Of a DNA stretch of 64,000 nt, positions 41,380-55,222 are shown one piece after another (position 1 is the stretch's first letter; every line of letters starts with the position of its first letter). The notes under the pieces were generated by a model that saw only the letters and a list, made by a program, of their open reading frames with translations, ran no database searches and was not told the origin of the DNA. This DNA is from Eledone cirrhosa. Its lineage: Eukaryota. A program made the translations under genes and the position numbers. Location: contig OZ024745.1 of NCBI GenBank assembly GCA_964016885.1, positions 43,462,001-43,526,000 on the forward strand, read 5' to 3'.

Positions 41380-42438
41380 AGATCCAGTGTAGCTTAAGAG
41401 TCAACAGGAGCACCACAGACATAGTGTTTGTTCTTAGGCAGCTCCAAAAGAAGTGCCAAGAGCAAATAAAGGGCTTTATGTTGCGTTCATTGACTTGACT
41501 AAAATATTCGATTCAGTGAGGCAGAAAAGGAATGTGGCAGATCATGGAACGACTTGGCTGTCCCCCAAAAGTTCCTGAATGTGATCATCCAGCTACATGA
41601 ATTCCAGTGTAGCCAAGTCAGACTCAGCAGTAACTTCTCAGAGCACTTCCTGATCATCAACAGAGTGTAGCAGGGTTGCGTCCTGGCACCGACTCTTCAC
41701 CATCTTCTTCAGCATGGTGCTTAACCAGACCACAGATGATCCTCGTCACAGATGACGAGGACATAGTCTACATCAGATATTGTTTTGATGGCAGCCTGTT
41801 TAATCTTCATCAACTACAGGCCCACATGAAGACCCTGGAGCAACTGATCAGAGACCTCCTCTTTGCCAATGATGCTGCTCTTATTGCTCACTAAGAAAGA
41901 TCCTTGCAGCACATCACTTCCTGGTTTGTAGGGACTGCCCAGCTCTTTGAGGTGGAAGTAAGCTTAAAAAAGATGGTGGTACTCCACCAGCCTGCACCTC
42001 AGGATGAGTACTGCCCTCCCCATATCACCATTAGTGAGACTGAACTGAAAACAAACCATCAGTTCACTTACCTAGGGTTCACCTTCACATCAGATGCCAA
42101 GATCAACAGGGAAATCAGCGATGCAAGGACCATTTGAAAAAATACCTTGGTGCCTGTCACATCGACCATCACTGGTGATCCATCCTAGCTGAGAACCGTG
42201 ATGCCTGGCATATCAACATCAACCATGGTGTCTCCGCTTTTGAAAATATCCTCAAGGACAAAAGGTAGAGGAGGAAGAAGCACAACACCAAGTCATCAAA
42301 CCTTGGCCAGACATTCAGCTGCAGCAACTGTGACCATGCTTGCCTGTCCCGTATTGGCCTAAATAGTCATGAACATGCTTGAAGTCAACATGGACCACCC
42401 ACTTCATAATCTTCATTTGCAAAGCCAAGCCATGATGT
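41380..42438 (+). mobile_element. Decayed RTE-BovB-like LINE (RT plus C-terminal zinc finger), internally deleted
   Basis: Translations STTDIVFVLRQLQKKC, AFIDLTK, QGCVLAPTLF, LLFANDAAL, FTYLG and the terminal FSCSNCDHACLSRIGLNSHEH. Frameshifts and stops are present. Confidence 0.85.
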
Positions 42439-45129
42439 TTCCAAAGATCCTAATGTATTGATGATTAACATATATAGGGATATTTTCATTTATTTTCATT
42501 TTTACCTTTCCTTTCATACTTGTGGAATGTTACATATATATGGATTTAATTTCCATATACTCATATGTTATGATTCTCCTTAGACCCTTGGCACAGACAG
42601 ACTGATATATTGACATAGACAGACAGGTATATTGATAGGGGTGCAAAAAAAAAAAAATTTGTTATAAGAAAATTTGGTTTAGTCAGAAAATTCTTCAATA
42701 AATTTTAAAAATAATATTGTATACTTTATTTGTTTATTTTAATTACATGGAAAATTGCAATATTGGGTGCAAAATAGATATTTCTTTTGAAAATTAGTCA
42801 TTCTTGTTGGAAAATTAGTCATTGTTGTTGGAAAATTATCAATTGCCACACCTTAAAAAATGATAGGAACAAGACACTTATGCAAACAATCTTGCAAGTC
42901 CAACCATTCTTGTATTTTCCTATCTGTTCATATTTTGTTCCACTGGTTTCTTTACATTTGATGCGTCACATTTCAATGCACACAGTATTCTTTCATCTCT
43001 CTCACTTTGGTTTACTATTATTAACTGTGACTCTAGATCCTTTCACATCTTCCATACTTTTGTCCCCATTACTTGATTATCTCCCCTTGTTGAACATACC
43101 AGTTGACAGAGGTCCTTCTACTTTCTTCCCCCTTTTCTCTCACAACCATGCTCTGGGATGGATGTGTCTCTGTGTCTGTTTCAATATGGCTCCATTTTAT
43201 TTCTTATTGCATTGTATATTTCCCTATGAATTCTGTCTTTGTCTTCATATTATAACCCTGTTGTTGTTTTTTTATTTGCCTGTCTGTTATTTTATGTCAG
43301 ATATTTATTTACAATTTGTGTGTCTGTCTTTCATGTTGTTTATTTCTTCTAAATGACACCTTCCTAATTTGAAAGTATTGTCATCGTAGAACTCAAAGGT
43401 ATGGTTTCTTGACTGTTTGCCAACCATGAGTTTAGAAGAGTCAACTGAAAATCAGAATTTTCCTTGGATTTGTTAGGTCTGTCATGTTCTTCAGTTTTTT
43501 TCCGCCCGTTCCTGTATTGTCCTGTCTTCATATTTTGTCCCACTTGTTTATTTGAATTATATATATATATATATATATAATTCAAATATTTGTCTTACTT
43601 ATACGTTGCATTTTTGGCTTGATGCCCTCCCTAATGCCAATCACTTTATTGTGTGCTGGGAGCATTGTATTATGACTATATATATATATATATATATAGG
43701 CTTACGTTTTTTTTTTCTTTCACTGGAGATCTTGGACATGTAAGGTATATATTATTTGTATATTGATTCTGAGGAGTTTATATTAGATTTTCCTGTCAAT
43801 TTCAATGGATGAGGATACAACAGCTAGGTTTTTTTTTCTTTCAGGTTTTGATGTTTATGTCTCTTCTTGTGACTTTAATCCAGTCAATGCAGATAATATA
43901 CTGGGCATGAGTGATGGCTGCTGTGTGAGATTAAATCTTTGCTTTTGATCCAAACTTATATATATATATATATGATGGCTGCCCCCTCGTTATCGAGTAT
44001 AGCCATTGCACGATATTAATAATTATTAATTAATTCTATCGTGCAATGCCTGTGCGTGAAGATTTTTTTAAAGTGAGGAAAGACTGTGCACTGAGCCAAT
44101 CCCACTCTCTGAGCGACAGTAGCTATAACCCGAAAAGAAGAAAAGATCAACATCATCGGTTACTACTGAGCCGCAGGTTTTATATCAGAGTTAACCCAGT
44201 TTCCTGAGTTGTCTTCTCCTAGAAGAATGCCCTGACAAAGGCTAGGGGTCCTTTACTCCCAGTGGTTTAACCGCGCGATCGGGTGTCCAGCCCGACTATT
44301 TCTATGTCCCCACGCATACATGCACTTATGTATATACACATATACATATGTACATGTGTATACACATATTTACACACTTTTGGATGGCCTTTGACTCTTA
44401 TGAGTTCTTCCGCCCTTTGTCAGGTTTTGTTTTTTGTCCTGCAGGATGTCCAAAATCACCCTCCTCACCAAGTAAACTTGGTGGGGTTGCCGGTTTAGTC
44501 GCCAACGACCCAACCATGCGACAGGTTGTACTGGGTTACATGTTTCCAGTAGCACTCGATAGTGACCCGACATATATATATATATATATATATAAGTTAA
44601 TCCGGGTTCAATCAGGGGTAACCACAGTAAGGTACTCAATACATAGCAGAGTATAAATGTTTTAATATAGAAAAGCTTCTACAGGACTAGAACTGTTTCA
44701 TTCGTGAGAAATCATGGGGAAGCTGACTGGCCAGTCAACTTCCTGATGATTTCTCACGAATGAAACAGTTCTAGTCCTGTAGAAGCATTTCTATATTAAA
44801 ATATATATATATATATATATATTGGTGAATTTAAAAGAAGCATCAATGCTGTTTGACGATGAAAAACAATTTGATATGTTTGGCATATAAATCATGAAGA
44901 TAGAAACAAATTTGTACAGCACCACTCATGGGACTCAAACCCATACCAGCAATATACTGTTAAGCTGTGCTTATTTACATCAAAGCAACAAATTTTTTCC
45001 GTCTTCAGGATTTATATGCCCGACTTATAAGACTATTTTTCATAGTAAAAAAACAATGACACTACTTTCAAATTCATCAATATATATATATATATATATA
45101 TATATTGATGAATTTGAAAGTAGTGTCAT

Positions 45130-45185
<56 letters not shown>

Positions 45186-46398
45186 TACTCAATAATGGTA
45201 AGACTTATAACCCTATTAGAACTCCTTGTTGTGTGGATATGAATATCCCATTGAAGCAAAACAAAATTTATTTTTGTGTAAAAGTGATAACTTATTACAT
45301 GTCTCTGAGTATTAGAACACTACAGTGTCTGATATATAAGGTTGAACAATGAAAACAAATAAAACAAGGTTTAGTAGAATGAATTAAGTATGAAACCTTG
45401 TCTTATTTGTTTTCATTGTTCTACTTTATATATATAAATACATATGTGTATAAACATAGGTATGTTCAACATACCTTACATAGCTGCAATACAAGCTTTC
45501 ATTATCAGCCTATAAGAGAACTTTAACATTGATGCTCAACCAGCTAAAACTAACAGGCTAGCATCCTTCAAATTACTTCATATCATCTTCAAAAAGGAAG
45601 CACAGATTAGTTATTGCAGTCTTAGATCCATAATGACTGGTCATAGGTTAACATTGGTCATAGGTTTGTTTGATCATGTGTAAAGGTTGTTATTAATGTC
45701 CTATATACCACATAAAACTGTATTAGCAAGACATTCTTGAAAAGCACAAAACACCACTGTGATTGTATCACATAAGAAATTTAAGTCTACAGCAAATTTT
45801 CACAGCAATCTATCTATTCCATAAGCCTTTTGAATTAACAAACTCATGTTTAGATATTTTCTACTAAATCATTACATGATGTTAAAAGTTAAGAAATGTA
45901 CTCAGTAAAAATAATAAGCCTCTAGCACTACAGATTAATTCAGTACATCTCTACAAGAAAAATTAAAATTAAAATTCTAATACTAAAATATATTTATTTT
46001 CTGCTTTTTTGGCCATCTTCATCTTTATTCAATTTAATAATTTAACAACCAGATCTTCCTTTGTTTAAAATACAGTTTATAACAAACTATTTATTTTCAA
46101 TGTATTTCTACATTGAAAATTCTCTATATATGTGTATGCTTTCCAATTTTAATCTTGCTTTTTTGCAGTTACAAGTTAGGTTCCCCACTGGAAAGGTCTG
46201 ATTTATTTTGTTTGTTTTTACTTTAGCTTCCATATCTCTTGTTATATTTAGCTTAATTCTCCAATGGAAGACTACTGCATGCTACTTATTCAAGAAGAAA
46301 TCTTTACCAATATCTTGCCATCCAGTTTCTCTTCATGAAAGGCTTTGAATTTCATTCAAAGTTCCCTGATAAAATATTACCCTGATAAACTATTAACA

Positions 46399-46628
46399 CA
46401 GTGTTTTTCAACTGGGGTGCTGTGGTAGATTCAATGAAGGTCACCAGTAGTGGCGTCACTGTAACACAACAACTTCAGATCCACACCAAAGACATGCAGT
46501 AGACTTGAAAAATTGCTTGCATTAAAACAGATGTGCAAAACTTATGATAAAAAAAATAAGCTAGGGAAGTTACGAATGAAGATATGAAATATGGGAACGC
46601 ATAATTGAGAAAAAGTTGAAAAACACTG
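46399..46628. mobile_element. hAT MITE
   Basis: TIRs CAGTGTTTTTCAACT...AGTTGAAAAACACTG and an exact 8-bp TSD TATTAACA. Confidence 0.92.
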
Positions 46629-47879
46629 TATTAACAACAATAGTAGCATGAGCTATACCTAGTAATAAACTTCAATGTGGCCTCTCTCTTTATATTCTAG
46701 TGACCACTAATAGATATACACCTTATATATTATATATTATAATAACTATATATGGCTGATAATGTTTAATTTGTTTTGATATGTAATGGAACTAATTTTG
46801 CCTGCTGTAACTTTCCTTTCAATGGCTGCAATAGCCTCTTTTTTAGTTATATTTCCCAATCTTTCTATCTCTCCCTCTTATCTTTCTATTTCATCTTCCT
46901 TATCTCTCCTTTTTCTCTATCTATTACTTACACACACACACTTTTCTTCCAAATTACTGGTTTTAGTTGGCATATTACATAATATTTATTAAATATCTCT
47001 TTTATACAGAAGAAAGGTTAGATATATTGCTGCTGCTGCTTGTTTTAAATAATTTTCTATTGTATTGTTCCAACCATTGTTTCTATAAGTTTCTTTTGTA
47101 TAAGGGTCTAGCATCAGTGTTGTTCTGATAGTGAAGTATTTGAGGAGTTAAGTCTAAAAAGACCATGAATTGAAAATGAAATTTGTTATAAAAGAGAAGC
47201 ACAAGAATCCGATAACAAAACTAGGTTTATCACTCATACTACAGATACATAAGGCTAGGTTTACTACTGGTGCTACAAATACATAAAGCTACATTTACCA
47301 TTCGTGCTACAGTATGATATTTTTATGAGTGCAGTACACAGTACTTGCATAACATCATAAACTGCAAGTGGTTCACGAAATGTGAAAATTTAATCTAGCC
47401 AGCATTCATTCATTAATAGAATCCTCATATCTTGTACATCACATAGTAAATTTGGATTCTACTTTGATTTTCAGAAGTAAGAATCTTTCTTATTTCTTCC
47501 TTTATACAGTGAAAGTGCATGCTATTTTTTCTGTCACATTTCTATTTTCTATTTGGTCAAAAAAGAAGCAAAATTAATTTTTTTATTAGTTGGAACGACC
47601 TATTAAATTTAAAACCATAGTGGCAATATTTTCATTTTTGTACCTAACTACTGAATGGTATGTCACAAAAGGATATGAATATCACAGAAATCAGTCTTCC
47701 ATAAGTTTGAGACTTTATACTGACATGTGAGTCAAATAATAGAGTATTCTTTGATAATTTTGAGATACTAAAGATACTAATTATTAAAGATCTTTTATGA
47801 ATTAAACCATCCTCTTAGGCATGTCCCTTCCCATCCCTATCACAGTCAAAGCCCATAGCCTAAATTCTTTCCTGAAGTT

Positions 47880-49290
47880 CCCATATAACTTCACTGAAGT
47901 AATACAGATTAAAAAATAACTTACAGTGCCTAAAAAAGTCAACCATGTCTACCATTTACCTGCTACTACAACTCCTTCAAGACTACCAACCTCAAAGAAA
48001 AAAGATGCCTACCTCTAAAATTACAACTGATCTTCTGAACTCTTGCCCAAAATATCTCTACCAATTTTATGGAGTGTTGCTACCAATTACTCTGCAATCA
48101 AGATAATCAATAGTATTCCTGCAGAGAAAGTTTCAAACCAGTTAAGGCATTGACTGTCACAATGTCCCTTTCATTTCTCCATATAGTGCACCTCAGAGCT
48201 AGTTCCTAATCCTCACAAAATTCTTTAATCTATCAATCTCTCTCTCTTTACAAGAATCTACCTTGATCTTTAGAAACCTATTACAGTGTCCAGCCCCAAG
48301 GATAACATCCCCACTGACCAATTGCTCTCACATCCAATAGCTCAAATGTGATAAAAACAGTCATTAACAAACATCTTCTCCACAACTTAAGTCTCTCTGT
48401 TCTCAGTAATCACTAGTGCAGCTTCTGCAAAGTCAGATCTACTGGGAACCTGTTCTTCTATGTCAGTCATCAGAGATCTATCTTCAGGCTCATCATAGAT
48501 AGGCACTGGTTGCCACTGCCTACTTACTTTACAATGGCACACTCTCAGATGTAGAAAATAGTTTATAAAAGAAAAATGTCCTGAAATACTTTCCTTGCAA
48601 AAGAGTGTCCACCCAGAATGTTCTGACACACACCTCCATAACTTCACCCCCCCCCCCCATGTCTTGAGCACTAAAGCCTGGAAAAAAACCTGTCTGCCAT
48701 ACTCAAGAAATTGGACTTAAACAACGTTGTGACATGTGACTTAAGAAAAGTATTTGATTATGCCTGATACAAGAATCTCTTGGCTATGCTGCCCTCCAAT
48801 GGGCTCTATTTGACTCTCATCTTTTGGGTAAAAAACTTCCTGTAGTCATGTGCTAATGGAGTTCTCTCTGACCTACACTTTATCAACTCTGTTGTTGACC
48901 TACAGTTTCTCTCCTTCATATTGATGTTCAATTTTCTATCATCCCTAACAGCAGTCAATCCTATGCAACTGATACCAGTCCCCCACTCCCCCTTAATCTT
49001 CGATACATAGTCATCATCTTAATATCGCCTATACATCTCCCATCAAACCTGCATTAAATCTATGAACAGAGATAGCCAAAACATTTTTCAATGGAGATTT
49101 GACAATCTTGACTCTTTCAACAATGGCACAGATTCTTCTGTCTTGGACAACATAAAATTAATACCTTCAACATTGCTACAAATGTTAAACCTCGCAATCA
49201 CTGATCATATCTTCTGGTGATCTCAAATTCACAACATAGCAAAAAACTGCATCTCAAAGACTAACGTTCCTCTTTGAGGTCAAAGCAGTG
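47880..49290 (+). mobile_element. Highly decayed CR1/Jockey-type LINE RT remnant
   Basis: Degenerate motifs PIALTS (about 48318), DLRKVFD (about 48738) and a YADD-like motif (about 48962). Heavily mutated. Confidence 0.55.
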
Positions 49291-49475
49291 AACATCAACT
49301 ACGTTTATTTTAGCAGCCTGGGTGGACCTATGTAGGCCCATTATCACAGCATCTTCCTTCTGACTAAACAACAAAACATGGAAATTATCTTTAGTTTATT
49401 GGTCTATTGATTGATATTTAACTTTTGTAATCATTGTAACATTGTATAATTTCACTTTTGTATACAACACAACAT

Positions 49476-49686
49476 TTAACCCTTTAGCATTTAAACCAGC
49501 CATATTCAGCCAGAATTCAAAATAGCCGTAACCGGACACTCATACTGATGTTAAGGTATTGTTCTCAAAATGAATAATATCAAAATCTCATAGATTCGAT
49601 ATTATGTGAGATAATTATATGAGATAAAGTGTTTACCACAAAAATAAAATAGTATATATAGAGTAATGTAAATGCTAAAGGGTTAA
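49476..49686 (+). mobile_element. TTAA-flanked MITE, family A
   Basis: Perfect TTAA-CCCTTTAGCATTTA TIRs, with a small internal deletion relative to 14280-14508. Confidence 0.88.
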
Positions 49687-52479
49687 ACAACTTCTATCAC
49701 AATGTAAGAAATTGTATAAACTTTCAGATCAATTTTGTACATCGGTTATATTGTGTATTAACAGTCACATAAGATTTAAAAAATCAAAACAAGGAAAACC
49801 TAACTCAAAGTTATTTACAAGTTCTCTTTACATTAGCTTTTGCCTTTGATGGTACAGTTTTTCCAAACATTGCTCCTTGTCGATTGATATTTATTTTATT
49901 TCATAAGGAATAAAAAACCAAATGAACTATTGTTGGATTTAAACAATCATAAGTTAACATGTTTTGACAGTTTAAGGCATACCATACGTTGCTTTTACCT
50001 TTATACTAAGAACTCATAATATAATAGTATAATAGCTTAACATCTACTAGAATGTGTGAAGCGTCGGACAACATGTTTTATGGCATAGAGTTACGGCCTT
50101 TTACGATCTGAGTTCAAATCCTGCCGAGGTTAGCTTTGCCTTTCATCCTTACAGGGTCGATAAAATAAAGTACCAGTAATGCACTTTGGTCAATTTAATT
50201 GACTTTCCCCTCCTCCAAAATTGTTGGCCTTGTACCTAAATCAGCACCAATATTCCTTTAGTTTTTGAGTATTAGAAATGAAAGTTTCTGTTAAATTGAG
50301 TTTTAGCTTCAATTTCTCTTCACTTCATTTATATCATAAATAATATAGATTCTGAAGGGTGTAGAGTGAATGTATGCTATTTATTTGAAAGTCTTAACAA
50401 CCATATTTTAACTAAGACAAACTTTAGGAATGTAGATTGTTCATACACAATAACAAATGAATAGAAGTTTAGTTTAACTATTCAGATTATAATGAACTTT
50501 TCCAGGTCAATGGTGCTTATTGTGGAAGCATTGTTTTCCTATATGTTCTATTTTTTTGCTATGGTAATGAGACTATAAATGTACATAGGACTGGAAGTTA
50601 TCCAACCATTCATTGACACTAAATCTTCTTACCTAATAGTCATAAATACAACTGTAATACTAATAGTTGTATTATGGACTAGTATGATCTAGTAAATGAC
50701 CAATTTATAGCTGATTAATATAATCAAGTTACTCACATTACAATTCTTGCTTTAAATCTTTGTGTACCAGATTCGAGAATTTGCTGTTTTCATATATATG
50801 CCAGCCACTTATACCTTCATATATATCTGCTTATTACAGTACTTATCTAAGAATGAATATTTTAATGAGAACCCCCCCCCCCCCCCCCCAAAAAAAAAAA
50901 GAAAGAAAAAAAAAATCATTGATCATTTTTGTGTTGAATACCAGATAAGATACCATATGAAGAATGTCCTGCAATCTTAACTTTTTTGTCTAACTGAATA
51001 TGTGTATATATGTAATGCTTATTCAATGTTCTTATGTCTTTAGAATTTCTATTATGAGAGAAATTTGTTTATAGGGCTGTTATTTTTTGTTGGTGCTACT
51101 ATTGTTGTTGTGAGACTGTCAATGGAATGTGAATGTTTATTGATGTTTGTTTCAATGTTGAAATCATACTGGCTGCTGATACTGATTGGCCTTATATATT
51201 TATGTATATTTCTTCTACCTTAATGTTTTCAGATCTTGGTCACTTCTACTAAAGCCTACCCTTTGCTAAATCTCTTTTGTAAGGAAAGGGATACAAATTA
51301 AAGCTGTAAGCCCCCTATTGACTTGACAACCTATTACCAAATCTCCCTTTTGATTTCTAATTCATTTCTAGGTAGTTAGAACCCAGTTGATGGAGTTATG
51401 TGCTTTATTGAAATGCACAGAAAAGTACCTATGATGAGATATGAACTCATGACTCAGGGATGAGATATTCATACTTGATTCACTAAACTTTAGAATTCTA
51501 TACTCTTAAATTATGTTAGAACCAGTGTTACTATTCAGTCCTCTGCATCTGCTGCATGTTTCACAGCCTTCTTTCACTTCATTCTTTCTCCACCAAGCCT
51601 TTTAGATGAATGACACAATATAATACTATATATAAATTTTTTACTAAAAAGCTCACAGTCAGATTTAGATGAAGCAAAACTTACACTGCACAATAACTTG
51701 TTTAAGTTTTGTTTTCTTTTACTGTTTGTTATTTGTTTTATTTATCTGTATATAAAATACATTCTTTCTCATTGACTTTAAATAATTTCAATTGAGGATA
51801 AGATATTGTTCTTTGATATGAGAATTGCTGGGACAGTTAGTTGACAGTGTCTTAAAATAGCATTCTCTTGCATTAGAATGTAAGTAGTGTTGATCTAACT
51901 GGATATTAATTTTACATCAATCTGAAAGTCTGTTGTTAGTACACACACTGTTGTTATTCACATATTATTGCACTCCTTTCAAATTACTTAACCTATGTGG
52001 CCAGACTAGATTTGTCTAATGTCATACAACGGTCAGAAACTATAAATAAATAAACAAATTAATAATGATAGACATTCACAAACCAGGCAAGAGCATCATT
52101 GCTATTCTATTTCATTCTTGTGCAAGAAGATTTGATATCTAGATTGTAAAACAGCAAACTATACATCAATATCTTCATAGTACTAAAATATAAAACCACA
52201 AATGTTCAGGTGAACGAAAGTCACATTAACTTAGTAGTTATTGTGAGTTGTTTTAGCACTATCATTCACATAGGCAGTAATTTATTAGGTCCCTTCATAG
52301 TTTTTTCAAGAGTAAGCTACATTTATGGGATAGAAACAAAGAGGGGGTTTTGAGTAAAGAGTATTGGCAAAGTCTGATCAATTCAGAGCAATTGATACTA
52401 AGTTACATATTTGTAATTCTTAGTGAGCAGATTTTACTTCAAAGTGAGTGCCAAATTAACTAACTCATTATATTTAGTT

Positions 52480-53294
52480 ATATCTCTTTTCCTTTTGAGT
52501 TCAAATCTCACTTGGGTTAACTTTTATCCTCTGGGGGTCAATAAAATAAATATCAGTCAAGTCTTGGGGTTGTATATCAATTACAGCCCCACTCTCCTAA
52601 AACTTGTGGCTCTGTGCCAAAATTAAGAATCTTTATGATTATTAAAGCATTGAAAGGGTGGGTGGTGGATTGATGGAGTCAGTCGAGCAGTAGACAACAT
52701 GCTTTGCAGCATAGAGTTACACCCCTTTACGTTCTGAGTTCAAATCTTGCCTAGGTTAGCTATGCCTTATTGAGTTGATAAGATAAAATACCAGTATTCC
52801 ACTGAGGTTGATTTAAATGACTTTCCCCTCCCCCCCACTAATTGTTGGCCTAGTGCCTAAATCAGAAATCATTATTATTGTTATCATATTGGCAGAATTG
52901 TTAGAACATTGGACATAATGCTTTGTAGCATTCAGTTACATTTCTTAATGTTCTGAGTTCCTATCCTGCTACAGTTAGCTTTGCCTTTCATCCTTAAGAA
53001 GTCAATAAAATAAAGTACCACTAATGTACTTAATCGACTTTCCTCTCTCCACCCACCCACCCCAAAAAAATTGTTGGCCTTGTGCCTAAATTAGAAAACA
53101 TTATTATTATTAGTTGATTGGCAGTATCGGTAGAGGGTCGGACGCCATGCTTTGATGCGTAGAGTTACGGCCCTTTCCAATCTGAGTTCAAATCCCGCTG
53201 AGGTTAACTTTGCCTTTCATCCTTACGGGGTCGATAAAATAAAGTACCAGTAATGCACTGGGTAATTGCTGGCCTTGTGCCTAAAGTAGAAACA

Positions 53295-53328
<34 letters not shown>
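52480..53328 (+). mobile_element. Head-to-tail cluster of four family-1 SINEs
   Basis: B-box/core motifs at about 52497, 52735, 52953 and 53183, each followed by an ATT-rich tail. Ends in (ATT)n. Confidence 0.85.
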
Positions 53329-53538
53329 GGCCAATGTTCTTTTATGTAATATGTGACTTTGAACAAGGAAAACTGTTAATTGACAATTAGGTTTACTTCT
53401 AACTGTCCTGTTAGACCAGTATTAGTGACCTATTAAACAGAGAAGTTTCACCACAGCATACTTTAGGGCATTGTACAACTGATCAGTTGACTTATATTTT
53501 TGTAATCCATATTAAAATTATTTCTTCATAATTTGCAG

Positions 53539-53638
53539 ATCTTCTTTTGTCCGTCTTCGGCATCTGTACACAAACACCTGGGTGCACAGTACATCAATAC
53601 CTGTTGATAAAGATGAAGATAAACCTATCATGAACAAG
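53539..53638 (+). CDS. ITPR: IP3 receptor coding exon H
   Basis: tttgcAG|A...AAG|GTgact, 100 nt, completing the phase-2 codon of exon [34 protein letters not shown]. Confidence 0.96.
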
Positions 53639-53739
53639 GTGACTAATTTCTTCAATATATTGTTAAAAGGATTTTAGTTTATGTATCATTTCATTATTGT
53701 CATTCTGTGTATTCTTGTCATATTTAGCTTCAGTTTCAT

Positions 53740-54025
53740 GAAATCACAAACTGAGGGGAAAAATAGTACCTTGCAAAATAATATACCTCGTAGCAAAATA
53801 AGTAGTAAGGAATGAATTGAGAAGCTTGGTGACTGAGAAAGCAATATTTTTATCCCTTATATATAAACATAGATAGACACACACACACACACACACACAT
53901 ATACATACACACACACAAACTTGTATATGTGTGTGTGCCTTGGTAAAGAAAGAATTTTGTCTACAGTTTTTTTATTGCCAGGTCAAAGGCCACAGCTCTT
54001 TTCAACAACGCCAAATAACAACGCA

Positions 54026-54030
<5 letters not shown>
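53740..54030 (+). repeat. Outer left arm of long inverted repeat (pairs with 59666-59936)
   Basis: GAAATCACAAACTGAGGGG...AACAACGCACCACA is the near-perfect reverse complement of 59666-59936. Confidence 0.93.
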
Positions 54031-54092
<62 letters not shown>

Positions 54093-54145
54093 AATGAAGA
54101 GAAAAAGAGGGAGGGACAGAGAGAGTAAGAAATGTGTGTGTGTTT

Positions 54146-54507
54146 GGTACACGTCTATCTATATATCTATCTATTTATCTCCAACAGGGGTCTCACACAT
54201 GCCGCCCGCGAACTACTTATCTGTGGCCTGTGGTAGAACCAATATTTCATATCGCATTATAACTGGTGAAAATAAGGCGGTGAGCTGGTGGAATCGTTAG
54301 CACATCTGGCGAAATGCTTAACGGTACTTCTTCCGTTTTTCCGTTCTGAGTTCAAATTCCGCCGATCTCAACTTTGCCTTACATCCTTTTGGGGTCGATG
54401 AATTAAGTACCAGTTGTGTACTAGATCGATGCAATCGACTGAACCCTAAACCCCAAATGTCATGGCTTGTTCCTATAGTAGAAATGATTATAACTGGTGA
54501 AAATGTT
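54146..54507 (+). repeat. Inner left arm of long inverted repeat (pairs with 55316-55661), containing a SINE with 18-bp TSD
   Basis: Reverse complement of 55316-55661. SINE 54274-54486 is flanked by ATTATAACTGGTGAAAAT (54256-54273 and 54487-54504). Confidence 0.93.
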
Positions 54508-54629
54508 CATCCACCACCACGTTTGGCCCACTGTGCCTCTCCTCCAGGACGTAATAGCCCTTTTGTGTCCTTGAGTTTGAGACCCCTCTTCTACACACAC
54601 ACCCATATATATATTTTACTTTTTTTCTG

Positions 54630-54868
54630 TCTCTGGACTACGCCTATGCTGGAGCATCACCTTAGTAAGTTATGGGGACGTCAACAAACCAACAAGCATT
54701 GGTGGGAGGACAAACACAAATGCAAAGACACACAGACATATATACATATATACGACGGGGTTCTTTTAGTTTCGATCTATCAAATCCACTCACAGGGCTT
54801 TGGTCGGCTCGGGCAGTGGGACTGAACCCGGAAATATGTGGTTGGGAAACAAGCTTCTTGTCACACTG
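54630..54868 (-). mobile_element. tRNA-derived SINE, family 3
   Basis: Minus strand reads AGAAGCTTGTTTCCCAACCACATATTTCCGGGTTCAGTCCCACTG (B box), then GCCGACCAAAGCCCTGTGAGTGGATTTG. It resembles an abundant octopus SINE as recalled. Confidence 0.7.
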
Positions 54869-54908
54869 TATGTATATATATATATATATATATATAGGCA
54901 TATATATA

Positions 54909-55222
54909 GGCACATGGCTTAGTGGTTAGAGCATTGGCCTTGCAATCGAAAGGTTGTGAGTTCAATTCTCAGACCGGGTGATGTGTTGTTTCCTTGAGCA
55001 AGACACTTTATTTCACATTGCTCCAGTTTACTCAGCTGTAAAAATGAGATGATATGGACTGAGGTCATGGAGGTGCCACGGCAAAAAAGCATCCAGTACT
55101 CACTGTAAATGAGGTTGGTGTTAGGAAGGGCATGCAGCTGCAGAAATCAACCCAGTATCAGTTCCCGTCCCACCCTTGCAAGCAGGGAAAAGCGGACGTA
55201 AAATGAAATGAAATGATGAATG

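Noticed and set aside
42787-43356. 189-aa hydrophobic ORF
   Set aside because: It is T-rich intronic sequence with a TTG start, no motif and no splice or codon support.
43975-44570. Two GC-richer cassettes between TA tracts with small hairpins
   Set aside because: They are probably retroelement or SINE remnants, but I cannot assign a family or boundaries from sequence alone.
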